Positions 12,067 through 21,686 of a stretch of DNA of 64,000 nt are shown here, one piece after another. The DNA is taken from contig OY970194.1 in NCBI GenBank assembly GCA_963708075.1, positions 352,001-416,000 of the forward strand. The letters run 5' to 3'. The position numbers and the translations under genes were made by a program. The notes beneath the pieces were generated by a model. It was not told the DNA's origin and did no database searches. It was given only the letters and a program-made list of their open reading frames with translations. The number at the start of each line of letters is the position of its first letter. The stretch's first letter is position 1. The stretch is from Sedimentisphaerales bacterium. Its GTDB lineage: Bacteria; Planctomycetota; Phycisphaerae; Sedimentisphaerales; Anaerobacaceae.

Positions 12067-12671
12067 TATCATGTCTGAGATCGCGTGCTCACCCCATCGG
12101 CCAGCGAAATAAGTGCCATATCTGCGGAACTGCTGTTCGATGGGCGGAGATCACCTTGGGAGCAGTCCACTGTGTGACCAGAGGTGAACCACGATATCGG
12201 GACCAAGTCGCGTAAGGATGGAGACTAGAATGATCGCTACAAGAATTAGGAGCAACCACTTGGCCTCGCCAGCACCGGCGGACTCGCCTTCCACGATGAA
12301 TTTCCATTTTGCCTTCATTTCTGATAGGACCCTCAACAATTCACCTGTGTTTGTCAGAGCACACTACTCTGAATCTCTCACTATTATCGGCAACGCAAAG
12401 GGGAGCGACATACATGTATTAAAGGATACAATATATCCTGTAGTCGTCGTGGTCGTGGCGGTTTTCGGGTGCCCACAAGTGGTTGGCGAGCAAGGACTTA
12501 CGGCAATATCCTATCTGACCCCCTGCGTCTTGAGAGCAACAGGATGCTAATCACGATGGAATGATCAATCAGAAAAGAGTGTATATGCACAGAATTACAT
12601 TGAAATAATGGCATGGGTGCTCTACCATGAGCGTGCGAAGTCAATGGAACCACTCTCGACAGGTATTGAAG

Positions 12672-13373
12672 ATGGCGAATGGACGACGAGATGCTGTGAT
12701 CTACATGCTGAGTTCGGAGTCTGTGCGAAGCCAACGAGCTGATTTCGCACGTCAAGAGCGCCGAATACGCGCGTATGCCAGAGACCACGCATTTGACATA
12801 GTGACCGAATTCAGGGACGCGTGTATCGCGAGCGCTGCAGGCCTAAAACAGAGACAATATCTGGCGGTCTTATTAGACTACGTTGAGCAGCGTAACCGCG
12901 GGGGGACGGTCCTCGTCGAGAAGGCTGCTCGTCTAGCTTGTGACCCGATCCTCACCGAAGTCATACTTGCCCAGTTCAGACGGCGTTACGTCGATGTGAT
13001 TGCTGTGGACTCCGGTTTGGAACTGACCTTAGACGACTCTGATCCTTCGTGTGCACTTACTCGGAAGATTCTTGACGTTATTACCAAGTTCGGAGAGTGC
13101 ATGCTGCCCCTGAAATTGAAAGCTGCTCGTCAGCGCGTTAGGCGGGAAAAAGGCTATTGTGAAGGGCCTAAACCATTTGGGTCTTGCGCATCTGAACGAG
13201 AAACGCTGAATAGAATCCTCACACTTCGTCGTCAGGCGCGCGGCAAGAAACGCCTTGGCTATTACCGTATCGCCACAATACTCAACAAAGAGGGGCATCA
13301 GACGCGCTCGGGGTGTCCTTGGATAGGTCCAACCGTTAGAGGAATAATCCACCGATATGAGAGAAAGCAGTGA
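12672..13373 (+). CDS. Serine recombinase/resolvase family protein with degenerate catalytic motifs
   Basis: VIYMLSS (cf. YxRVS), RQERRIRAYA, EFRD, VLVEKAARLACD (cf. DRLxR), C-terminal RIATILNKEGHQTRSGCPW. Confidence 0.75.
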   Translation: MANGRRDAVIYMLSSESVRSQRADFARQERRIRAYARDHAFDIVTEFRDACIASAAGLKQRQYLAVLLDYVEQRNRGGTVLVEKAARLACDPILTEVILAQFRRRYVDVIAVDSGLELTLDDSDPSCALTRKILDVITKFGECMLPLKLKAARQRVRREKGYCEGPKPFGSCASERETLNRILTLRRQARGKKRLGYYRIATILNKEGHQTRSGCPWIGPTVRGIIHRYERKQ

Positions 13374-13434
13374 GGCGAGGTCAGCTAACTCATCGATTAC
13401 TTCACCCCTTGTGTGGTCATGGCTTGTGCTCCGC

Positions 13435-13677
13435 TCATACGGGCTGGGATTCGTCCCAAAGCGTCTCGGGGGCAATATCGATGTTCCCCGGCCATACGAC
13501 CGTGCCATAGGCAACCGTCGCCTTCATGAACAACGGTGAATCCTTGAGCTTGGAGAAAGGCTTCTTGTCCAGCAACGGCTTCATGTCAAAGCGACGCTTC
13601 TGTCCGTTTTCGAACACGATCAGCAGAGTATAATCCTTCTGGGCTGTAACACTGACAACATCCAACAGCGTTTCCAT
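13435..13677 (-). CDS. DUF2442 domain protein (putative antitoxin)
   Basis: DYTLLIVFENGQKRRFDM ... GTVVWPGNIDIAPETLW. Confidence 0.85.
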   Translation of the reverse strand: METLLDVVSVTAQKDYTLLIVFENGQKRRFDMKPLLDKKPFSKLKDSPLFMKATVAYGTVVWPGNIDIAPETLWDESQPV

Positions 13678-13778
13678 CAGCGACACCTCGTTCATTGTAG
13701 ATTGTACGCTGTGCCGTTCTGTGAGTCAAAGAACTTTGCAGGTACGGAACGTAAGTCACTGAAACCCAAGGAATTGTG

Positions 13779-13860
13779 TCTCGCGCAAAGACGCCAAGAT
13801 CGCAAAGGTCCAAGCATATTCCTTTCGTCTTTCTTGGCGTTCTTTGCGTCTTGGCGCGAG
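13779..13860. repeat. Nonamer-based inverted repeat hairpin
   Basis: CTCGCGCAAAGACGCCAAGATCGCAAAG ... CTTGGCGTTCTTTGCGTCTTGGCGCGAG. Confidence 0.7.
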
Positions 13861-14063
13861 GACCGTTTTGAGTGGCGGCCGTGGGTCGGGGATGGGCCCG
13901 TTTCGGATCAGGCGCTATGGTGTTGGCGTCGCGACTTATCGGACGCTGCGACCTCTAATTCGTTTGGAATCCTTGGACTTGTGGCGATAATATGTAAAGC
14001 GGGGGCAGGCGTTACCCGAAATATTGATGTATGCTGGTGTTTTCGGCGTTTAAGGAGAAACGA

Positions 14064-16506
14064 ATGCTCAGGGACACGTCGGTGGCGGTGGTGCTGGCGC
14101 TTGTCCTTTTTGCTGCGCCGAGTCTGGGCCAGAGCGCGGCCCCGGAGCCGTCGTTTTCCGAGTTGGCGCCCGCACGTCCCAAGGGTACATCTCTGCCGCT
14201 TTCTTCACCGTCGGCCGCTGCGCGGCTGCGGGATATTGCTTATGACGTGGCGCAGGCCAGGAATGTTACTGGGGCGAGGGTGGATCAGGCGATCGTTCTG
14301 CCTAGCTGCGGCGAAGGGGCTCAACAGCAGTGTGAGCCCGGTCGAGCCGCTGTTGATCCAGTTGGCGGGCCGGCAGGCGGATAAGGACTATTCTCCTCAG
14401 ATCGTTGCCTGGCTGCAGAGCTATGTCAGCGAGTCCTGCGATCGCGTGGTGGTCAGAGACGCTATCCAGAAGCTGCTGGATAGGGCCAACTCGTGGGAGG
14501 ATCGCAAGAAGCTCCTTGAGGATTTGGTGGCCCGGCTCGGCAACAAAAACGCCGCGATCGATTCGGACCTGGCAATGCTGCTCGGGTTTCTCATGGGCGA
14601 GAAGGCGGACCTGGCCACCGCCAAGTTCTACCTGATGCAGGCCTACAAGAGCAACAGGCACAACAAGATCGCCTTCGCCAAGCTGGCGGAGCTAGCCCCG
14701 GACGAGATTGGCCCGGGGATCGTGTTGGAGCATCTGCGGCTTGTCCTGCGGGAGAACCCGCTTGATATGAACGCGGCCATGAACTTCGCGCAGTACTGCG
14801 ATCGGCTACAACTCCATGATATGGCGGCACTTACGTATCAGTACTGCGCCGAGTTGTTCCGGTATCTGTACCCGACCGAGCCTTTGCCGCCCCACATCTA
14901 CCTGCCGTGGTCGATCTGCAGCTATAACACGGTGCGGGGTCAGCCGGTGAGCATGCAGATTGCCGAGAGTGTCCGCGAGGCAGGACGCTTTGACATTCTC
15001 CTGGAGGCGATTGCCGGCCGTGCGGCGGCCAAGAGCGGCAATCCCCAGGAGGCAAAACGGATCTTCCGCCAAGCCGAGGAAAGGGCTCAGCAGTTGCTCA
15101 AAGCAGGCCCGGAAGAGCTTCAGGCCCAGCAGGGGGGCGATTCGGCGGCCTCGCGGACGGTCACGCCCAGACAGTTTGCCTGGTTCTACTGCTTTGCCGA
15201 CCCGAACGCGCAGAAGGCCTTGGATTGGGCCAACAGGGCCTATTCCGTCGAGCCGAACGTGCCTTCCGTGGGGGCTTTGCTGGCGTACGCAATGACCATG
15301 TGCAACCAAATGGAATGGGCCAGGCCGCTGGTCAAGGCGGCCGAAGGCAACCAGATCACGGACTTGGTGCAGGCGAAACTCCTGCTGGCGGAAGGCAAGA
15401 AGGAGGAAGCAGCCAAGACCCTGAGAATGGCGATTACCAAGGATGCGAGCTCGCTGGTGGCCGAGCGGGCGAGGGAGATGCTCAAGGAGCTGCAGAGCGA
15501 GTATCGCCCGCCGATCGACCCGGGCCTGCTGACGACCTTCCTCACCGAAAGCTTCGGCAAGAATGCCATCCCGCAGTTCCTGCCGCCCGATAAGATGGTC
15601 CAGGTGCAGTTCAGCATTCGCGGCACAGAATTCACGTACGGAAGTGAGATCGAGGGCATGGTGGCGATCCAGAATCAGGGGGCTGAGCCCCTGGTCATTA
15701 CCGAGGACGGCCTCTTCAAGGGCGGCGTGCGCATTGATGCCCAGATTAGCGGCGACCTGAGCAGGGAAATCGCCCCGGTTGTCCTGCAGACGGTTCGCAC
15801 GGAGTTGATGGTCCAGCCGGGCAGGAGTCTCGTCATTCCGGTGAAGCTGTCGACGGGCGAGCTTCGAGAACTCCTGCAGGCCCATCCGCAGGCCTCTCTG
15901 GAGATCCAATTCACGTTGTATCTTGACCCCGTCGCGGCGGAGAATGGCTCGATCAATAGCCGGCTCGTGGACCTGAAGCCTGTGAAAGTGACCGTGAAAC
16001 GACCACGCGTGGACCTCACGGCGAGCTACGTGCGTAACCGCTTCCATGCCATCTCATCCGGCCAGCAGGGGCAGAAGATCGGGACCGCCCAGTTGTTCAC
16101 GGGCCTGCTCAAAGAGCAGAATACCATGGCCGGCGGTACGCTCTATCCCTTCCGGTATGCGGACTGGATGCCGGGGCTGCTGCGATCCGCGTTTACGAGC
16201 GATTCCGGGCTGCTTCTGGGCAGCGGCGAGGAGGACTGGGTGGTCGCCGTGCATACGATGGCCGATATGCTTGCGATGCCGCTCGATGCCGAACTGACGG
16301 GGGCCTTGGCCAGGAACCTGAACCATCCCAAGTGGCCCGTCCGGATGATGGCCATATATGTCCTGGCGAACGGGGCCGGCGGCGGTTTCCAAAAGGTGAT
16401 CGACTGGTTTGCGCAGAGTGACCCGAGCGAATACGTCCGCGGCATGGCTGTGGCGCTGCGGTCCGACCTGCCGCTGGCGACAGCACCCGCGATGCCACCG
16501 CAATAG
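14064..16506 (+). CDS. Large exported TPR / HEAT-repeat protein; apparent frameshift at ~14300
   Basis: RBS AAGGAG and signal peptide MLRDTSVAVVLALVLFAAPSLG in ORF 14031..14384; body continues in the 13702..16506 frame with TPR-like helices and HEAT-like end (WPVRMMA, EYVRGMA). Confidence 0.7.
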
Positions 16507-16644
16507 GACCGCTCTTCCGCCCCGCCGAACCGCCTGCCAAGAACCTCCCTGTCTCCAACCCGTACAGACCTGTGGAATTGAATCCCCGATTCTGTCCGGA
16601 TGGATGGCGTGTACGGCCCGCAGGTGAATTTGTGGAAATTGGGG

Positions 16645-16672
16645 TTGAAATCGCGGGCCGATTCGGTATGAT
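16645..16672 (+). promoter_or_regulatory. Sigma70-like promoter for ferredoxin/tRNA-Glu
   Basis: TTGAAA-16 bp-TATGAT. Confidence 0.55.
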
Positions 16673-16728
16673 GCCGACTTCGCCAAGGGTATTAGCAAGC
16701 AGTTGTCTTTTTTGGAAAGGGTTACCGG

Positions 16729-16899
16729 ATGCCGGCACAAGTGGATAATGGCAAATGCACGGGTTGTGAGTCCTGCACACAAGAATGCCCGAGCAATGCG
16801 ATCAGCATGGACAAAGGCAAGGCAAAGGTGAACTCGGACAGTTGTGTGGACTGCGGCGTGTGTGTTGACACCTGCCCGGCCGGAGCGATAAGCCTCTAA
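16729..16899 (+). CDS. 2[4Fe-4S] ferredoxin, 56 aa (absent from ORF track)
   Basis: Manual translation MPAQVDNGKCTGCESCTQECPSNAISMDKGKAKVNSDSCVDCGVCVDTCPAGAISL; two CxxCxxCxxxCP motifs; GAAAGG RBS. Confidence 0.95.
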   Translation: MPAQVDNGKCTGCESCTQECPSNAISMDKGKAKVNSDSCVDCGVCVDTCPAGAISL

Positions 16900-16900
16900 G

Positions 16901-16983
16901 GATTTACGATTGACGATTTACAATTTACGATTTGGCTGTCGCCTCTCGCGAGGCCACAAATCGTAAATCGAAAATCGTAAATT
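16901..16983. repeat. Heptamer (ATTTACG) tandem repeats arranged as an inverted hairpin
   Basis: GATTTACGATTGACGATTTACAATTTACGATTT ... AAATCGTAAATCGAAAATCGTAAAT. Confidence 0.85.
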
Positions 16984-16992
16984 GCCGAGTGT

Positions 16993-17067
16993 GGCCCCAT
17001 CGTCTAGGCTGGCCTAGGACACCGGGTTTTCAACCCGGCAACAGGGGTTCGAATCCCCTTGGGGCTA
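16993..17067 (+). tRNA. tRNA-Glu (anticodon TTC), CCA not encoded
   Basis: Acceptor GGCCCCA/TGGGGCT; anticodon arm CCGGG-TTTTCAA-CCCGG; T arm AGGGG-TTCGAAT-CCCCT. Confidence 0.95.
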
Positions 17068-17216
17068 ATAGGATTTACGACTTATCATTTGCGATTTGTG
17101 GTGTCCACCGCCCGCCCGTGGACTCGCCGGCCTGAGGCGGACGTTCCGCTGAACTAGCCAATCCCGTTCACCTGGGTAATCCTGCCCCCGGCCTTCGGCC
17201 GCAACCGGGAATCAGT

Positions 17217-17294
17217 TCGCGCAGAGACGCGGAGGCGCAGAGAAGACCGAACCCCAACACTCGCAAACCTCAGTGTCCCTGCGCCTCCGTGCGA
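17217..17294. repeat. Nonamer-based inverted repeat hairpin (same architecture as 13779-13860)
   Basis: TCGCGCAGAGACGCGGAGGCGCAGAG ... CTCAGTGTCCCTGCGCCTCCGTGCGA. Confidence 0.65.
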
Positions 17295-17391
17295 TACAAT
17301 TCTTTTCTCAACAAAGGCTCGCACGCTGTTGCCCAGATGACTGGAGATCCTTTCCGCCGATTGCGAGGTGCCTGTGTAGTTTGACGGACAG

Positions 17392-17835
17392 TCAGGCATC
17401 AATGGTTCCCGCGTGCTTTGCTTCCACATATCGCCCCAGCAGTTCTTCAAAGGCTGCCCAGCCGGCCTCTCGCTCTGGCGGATCAAGGTGCTCAGCTTCT
17501 TGGAGGAGCAAGACCAAATCCGTCAAAACCACTTCGGCCCGCTCAAGCCACGCAGTTCGCGAAATCGGACCTGATGGTCTGGCCAGATTTCGGTGTATTC
17601 TGTTCACCTGATCTTGACTCGCGTCGATTGCTGCGTCGGCCGTGGCCTTCGGCCTGTCAGTGGGTGGGAATTGCATTGTGACTTCTCCGTCCATCAGTGT
17701 GACACCTCTTGGCACCGTCCAGCCAGTGGCAATGTGCCGTTCAATAGTCGCATTCACCTTCAGCAACTCGCGTGACCAGTAGGCCAAGCCGTGAGTTGCC
17801 TTCATCAGACGCTCGATGATTTTTTGCACAGTCAT
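17392..17835 (-). CDS. Hypothetical protein (island)
   Basis: 147-aa ORF, co-oriented and closely spaced with the AlpA-like gene cluster. Confidence 0.55.
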   Translation of the reverse strand: MTVQKIIERLMKATHGLAYWSRELLKVNATIERHIATGWTVPRGVTLMDGEVTMQFPPTDRPKATADAAIDASQDQVNRIHRNLARPSGPISRTAWLERAEVVLTDLVLLLQEAEHLDPPEREAGWAAFEELLGRYVEAKHAGTIDA

Positions 17836-17844
17836 GCACGCATT

Positions 17845-18192
17845 TCATGTGTGCAGGGTAACCTCCCGGACGGCCGCCACCTCAGCGCGGAAACGGCTCT
17901 CATACTCCCGCCGCCGCTCGGCCAGTTGGCCGGTGTCATCGTCGTCGCAGATGGCGTCGCCCTCGCCCAGGAGCTGCTCTGCCAGCGCCAGCGATTCGCG
18001 CCACCGCTTCAGTTCGTCCTCGCCATACTTGCCGGGGTGCAGCTTGGCGTCCTCCAGAATCTCTTGGTTGATGGCGTATAGCTCCACGCTCGACAAGCCC
18101 GCCGGGGGCCAGTCCTCAGTGGTCTTCTTGCTGCCGTTGCTCACCCTCTTCTCGATCTGCCCCAAACGTCGCTCAAATTGCTTCGGGTCCAT
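17845..18192 (-). CDS. Hypothetical protein (island)
   Basis: 115-aa ORF with GGAGAAGGA RBS directly after the AlpA-like gene. Confidence 0.6.
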   Translation of the reverse strand: MDPKQFERRLGQIEKRVSNGSKKTTEDWPPAGLSSVELYAINQEILEDAKLHPGKYGEDELKRWRESLALAEQLLGEGDAICDDDDTGQLAERRREYESRFRAEVAAVREVTLHT

Positions 18193-18202
18193 CGTCCTTC
18201 TC

Positions 18203-18442
18203 CTAATTCAGCTTGTTCCTGATCTGGTTCCATTCGGCTCTTGCCGGAGCTCCAGCCGCCAGCCAAGCCTTAATGTCATCTGCACGCCAGCGAACCGCGC
18301 CGCCGATTCTGAAGCACTCAGGCCCCAGCTTCTGAAGCTTGTTCAGCCGGAATATCTGGCGTTTCGATAACCTGAGTCGCTGTCCGAGCATCTTGGCATC
18401 CCACAGTTCATACGCTTGGGTGCCACTCTGTGACTGACACAT
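18203..18442 (-). CDS. AlpA-family / excisionase-like winged-helix protein
   Basis: LRLSKRQIFRL ... RIGGAVRWRADDIKAWL; GGGAGG RBS. Confidence 0.8.
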   Translation of the reverse strand: MCQSQSGTQAYELWDAKMLGQRLRLSKRQIFRLNKLQKLGPECFRIGGAVRWRADDIKAWLAAGAPARAEWNQIRNKLN

Positions 18443-18599
18443 ACATGTGCCTCCCAAAAATGGATTTCCTGTCACTACTTTTGATTAGTGAGACCGGATG
18501 CGTGGGATCCGCGCAGATTGAGTAAAAAGCCGCTTACTCGCGCACTATACAAGGGGGTGGATTTTCGCGGAAATCCGCTTTAATCCGCTTTTGAGGGAT

Positions 18600-19556
18600 T
18601 CAGATTTCGTCGTGTTTGACTATGCTTCGGCCCGTTCTACCTGCGCGAGGATGGTTCTTCTGAGTTCCATATGCCCCCCGTCCGGCCCGAACCTGTCTCG
18701 CCCACGTCTCGAAGCTTGGGAGTTCATACCCTTCGAAGCCATGCTCTGTCAGCCAATCGTGTACCTGCCGATCAGTCTTTAACGTAGGGTCCTGCTCCGC
18801 TGCCCATTCGTAACTGCGGTAAGCCTTCTCATTTGCACACGTGAGCCCTCCACTATCAACAGCCGCCGGTTGCTTCGCTTCCTCCAATAGCCTCAGCCGC
18901 TCTTCCGCCTTCTCCCGGAGAAGCTGCAAGGCCAGAATGCTCGCTTCACAGATATCTTGCCGGATACCTCGTATCTCAACACCCGGCACATCATCGAAAT
19001 CGGCAATCCGCTCTCCGTGCAGGATGGGGGAATTGACCATTTCCGCCGCTGCCCACAGAAATTCAAACCAGTGGCAGTGATAATTGTTCCGGGCGACGGC
19101 TGAGGCAGCGTATATGCTGCTCCATGTTGAAAAGCTATCCAAATACGTGAGAAACTCGGTTCTCTCTCCAGGCGGGAATCGCACCGTAAGTGCTTTGACA
19201 GCAGACTCGACGGCTTGCATCACCGCGAAGAACTCCGCTCTATCAATCACATCTGTTGAAGCGAAGTACCACGTGTACTCATCCCCGTTCGGTCCTGATG
19301 GTGTTCCGCTCCAACAACGGGTAGTATCTTGCTCAAACCCGGCTTCCACTCTGTCAGCTTGGCCTGATAGCACCCGGTCCTCAATATGGCGGTACTCGAC
19401 ACCAGCGGGACAGGTTGTGCTCCACCAGAGCCATTTCTGCTTGGCACTGGCTTTAACCTGTCGAAATGACTCCAGCAGCATATCGACCGTGCCGATCAGT
19501 CGCCGGTAGTCCTGTGCATTGGGTCTATCTGCCCGCTTCTTCTCGCTTCTCGTCAT
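18600..19556 (-). CDS. Hypothetical protein with possible C-terminal DNA-binding domain (island regulator?)
   Basis: ~318-aa ORF from MTRSEKK; C-terminal helical/basic segment (TDRQVHDWL...PSFETWARQVR); lies upstream of the AlpA-like gene. Confidence 0.55.
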   Translation of the reverse strand: MTRSEKKRADRPNAQDYRRLIGTVDMLLESFRQVKASAKQKWLWWSTTCPAGVEYRHIEDRVLSGQADRVEAGFEQDTTRCWSGTPSGPNGDEYTWYFASTDVIDRAEFFAVMQAVESAVKALTVRFPPGERTEFLTYLDSFSTWSSIYAASAVARNNYHCHWFEFLWAAAEMVNSPILHGERIADFDDVPGVEIRGIRQDICEASILALQLLREKAEERLRLLEEAKQPAAVDSGGLTCANEKAYRSYEWAAEQDPTLKTDRQVHDWLTEHGFEGYELPSFETWARQVRAGRGAYGTQKNHPRAGRTGRSIVKHDEI

Positions 19557-19736
19557 GAAACACCAGCCCGCGCATGAAAAAAGCCGGGGAGTCGATGAGG
19601 TTCCGTAGAAACCCGGTGCCCGTTGCCGGTGCACCATACCCCGGTGGGAATTATTGCATATAGCGCGTGGATCGAGCCTACAGATTTCATCGGCGTTCAT
19701 TATCTCAAAACCGGAGACGATTTCAAGGCTTTCCGC

Positions 19737-19766
19737 TTGATTCCCCGCGTGCCGAAGGGCTATAAT
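19737..19766 (+). promoter_or_regulatory. Sigma70-like promoter for the RCC1-repeat gene
   Basis: TTGATT-18 bp-TATAAT. Confidence 0.5.
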
Positions 19767-19879
19767 GCACGTATAGCATGGACGCGAGCAGCGCACGTGG
19801 AGACGGCAGGAAGCACCGATCTAACCGTTCCCCGGAGGCGGGGTGTAAGAACTGTGCGGTATCTGTTGGAGGGCATACG

Positions 19880-20866
19880 ATGAAGGCTTTACTGTTCATG
19901 CTCCTTGCGCTTGTCGTCATTATTCTCACACAGGCGAGACTCTGCCAAGCTGATATGACTCCCGGCTCTCTCGTGGCGTGGGGTCACAATGGCTATCAAC
20001 AGCTTGCTGTTCCTGCTGGGTCAGACTTCATCGCTGTGGATTCAAGTTTCTGGTATCACAGTGTAGCCCTCAAAGCAGACGGCTCTCTGGTGGCATGGGC
20101 CGGAAACAGCCCCGGCTGTAGACTCGTTCCTTCAGGCAGCGATTATGCTGCCGTCTCAGCTGGTTCGTATTACAACTTGGCCCTCCGAAGTGACGGTTCC
20201 TTGACGGCTGCTGGCGCGACCAGTCATGGCCAACTCGACGTGCCATTGGGTAACAACTTTGTTGCCATATCAGCGGGGAGGTATTACGGTTTGGCAATCA
20301 GGACAGATGGCTCTCTCGCTGAATGGGGCGAATATGCCCTCGGCGCTCCCTCGGGTAACGACTTCGTGGCCATCGATAATGGGATCTTCCACGCACTTGC
20401 GTTGAGGAGAGATGGTTCTCTCGCAGCGTGGGTCAACCCGGCCATCAACCTTGGGGTCTGGGACTATGGGCAGGAGGATGCACCTACAGGTTCGGATTTT
20501 GTTGCGATTGCCGCAGGTGGCTATCACAGCCTCGCGCTCCGTGCAGACGGGACTCTCGTCGCTTGGGGTGCAAACGATTATGGCCAGTGTGACGTGCCCA
20601 CGGAGAACGACTTCATAGGCATATCCGCTGGGGAGATGCACAGCCTCGCCCTACGCTCAGACGGCTCAGTTGTAGGTTGGGGCTGGAATCGGTACGGTGA
20701 AGCGAATGTGATGGAAGGTTCCTTTCAAGCCATTTCTGGCGGAGCTTACTACAGCGTCGGCATACAGGCCGTCCCTCTGCCAAGCGGTGTCTTGCTCGCC
20801 GCTCTCGGATTGGCGTACTCCGGTTGGCGGATTCATGGTCACGAAGCGGGGAGGAAGGTAGCATGA
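19880..20866 (+). CDS. Secreted RCC1/BLIP-II-repeat beta-propeller protein with PEP-CTERM-like (VPLP) sorting tail
   Basis: Signal peptide; repeated AIAAGGYHSLALRADGTLVAWG; C-terminal VPLPSGVLLAALGL followed by basic residues. Confidence 0.85.
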   Translation: MKALLFMLLALVVIILTQARLCQADMTPGSLVAWGHNGYQQLAVPAGSDFIAVDSSFWYHSVALKADGSLVAWAGNSPGCRLVPSGSDYAAVSAGSYYNLALRSDGSLTAAGATSHGQLDVPLGNNFVAISAGRYYGLAIRTDGSLAEWGEYALGAPSGNDFVAIDNGIFHALALRRDGSLAAWVNPAINLGVWDYGQEDAPTGSDFVAIAAGGYHSLALRADGTLVAWGANDYGQCDVPTENDFIGISAGEMHSLALRSDGSVVGWGWNRYGEANVMEGSFQAISGGAYYSVGIQAVPLPSGVLLAALGLAYSGWRIHGHEAGRKVA

Positions 20867-21213
20867 ACGTATTACAGAGGCTCATCCTGCTAATTGGTAT
20901 TGTGGCCGTCGTGGGCATGAGCATCTATCCGCCATGGAGTTACGCGATGGAGAAGGTATGGACGATGGATGCTCCGGCCGTCACCAGAGCCTCACATCCT
21001 GCGGGGTATTTCTTTATCATGCAACCACCGCAGCCCGAAGCCAAGGTCAAGGGCTCCGGCTTTGAGGAGCACAGTGTCAGGCTGGATGTCGCACGACTCG
21101 CCACTCAGGAGATTATTGCCGTGATTGCCACCGCTATGGGTGTTCTTTCGGCGCAGGGCCGTAGAACCAGCAGAGAGCCAGCGGCTGACAAACCACCATG
21201 GGCGGGAGCATAA
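20863..21213 (+). CDS. Hypothetical membrane protein
   Basis: Start overlaps upstream stop (ATGA); two hydrophobic segments; YPPW motif. Confidence 0.6.
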   Translation: MNVLQRLILLIGIVAVVGMSIYPPWSYAMEKVWTMDAPAVTRASHPAGYFFIMQPPQPEAKVKGSGFEEHSVRLDVARLATQEIIAVIATAMGVLSAQGRRTSREPAADKPPWAGA

Positions 21214-21595
21214 CATCCGGGATTATGCTTCCGCTACCTGGGACCCATCGCCAGAAACAGGCTCGCTTCAAATGCAAGATACATGGTACTGCGGGGACCC
21301 CTTAGCCGTACGGGCAGGGGGCTGCCCCGCCCATGCCTCACCTGCCTGCCCGCGTTGTCCACAGCGGCCCCTGCTCGGCTTAGGCTGCCCAATCTCGCCC
21401 CGCTCTGACCAGTGCCAGCACCGCCGCCTTGATATGCTCCGGCAGTTTCGGCCAGCGTTCCTGAATGAGTGCCAAGTCGGGGTCAGAAGGGGAGTTTTCG
21501 TCGTTTGGTGCGCCGGTTTTTGCGCCGCGCGTTTCCGAAATCGGCGTTTTTGGTGGCGCCAGTGGGGACTGTTCGGACCCCCTTGGGGCTAGTCG

Positions 21596-21685
21596 GATTT
21601 ACCATTTGTGATTTCCTATTTATGATTTCGCGCCTTGCTCACGGCACACGCCAAATCGTAAATCATAAATAGCAAATCGCAAATC
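21596..21685. repeat. Heptamer inverted hairpin downstream of the right att copy
   Basis: GATTTACCATTTGTGATTTCCTATTTATGATTT ... AAATCGTAAATCATAAATAGCAAATCGCAAATC. Confidence 0.8.
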
Positions 21686-21686
21686 C

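Larger units (their letters stand above)
17047..21591. mobile_element. Genomic island/integrative element remnant at the tRNA-Glu 3' end
   Basis: Direct repeat GTTCGAATCCCCTTGGGGCTA (17047-17067) vs GTTCGGACCCCCTTGGGGCTA (21571-21591), 19/21 identical; AlpA-like gene and hypotheticals inside; no integrase seen. Confidence 0.75.

Noticed and set aside
12089..12550. Short ORFs in the AT-richer gap (12089..12307, 12151..12339, 12218..12550)
   Set aside because: No recognisable motifs or convincing RBS; cannot choose a frame.
13702..14300. N-terminal ~200 aa of the 934-aa ORF
   Set aside because: It crosses a repeat hairpin and intergenic DNA; the RBS and signal peptide are at 14064 in another frame.
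19557..19660. Possible structured regulatory RNA (c4/ash-like) upstream of the island ORF
   Set aside because: Only short hairpins; no motif I can match with confidence.
21571..21591. Second tRNA gene
   Set aside because: Only the T-loop and acceptor 3' half are present, with mismatches; treated as an att duplicate.
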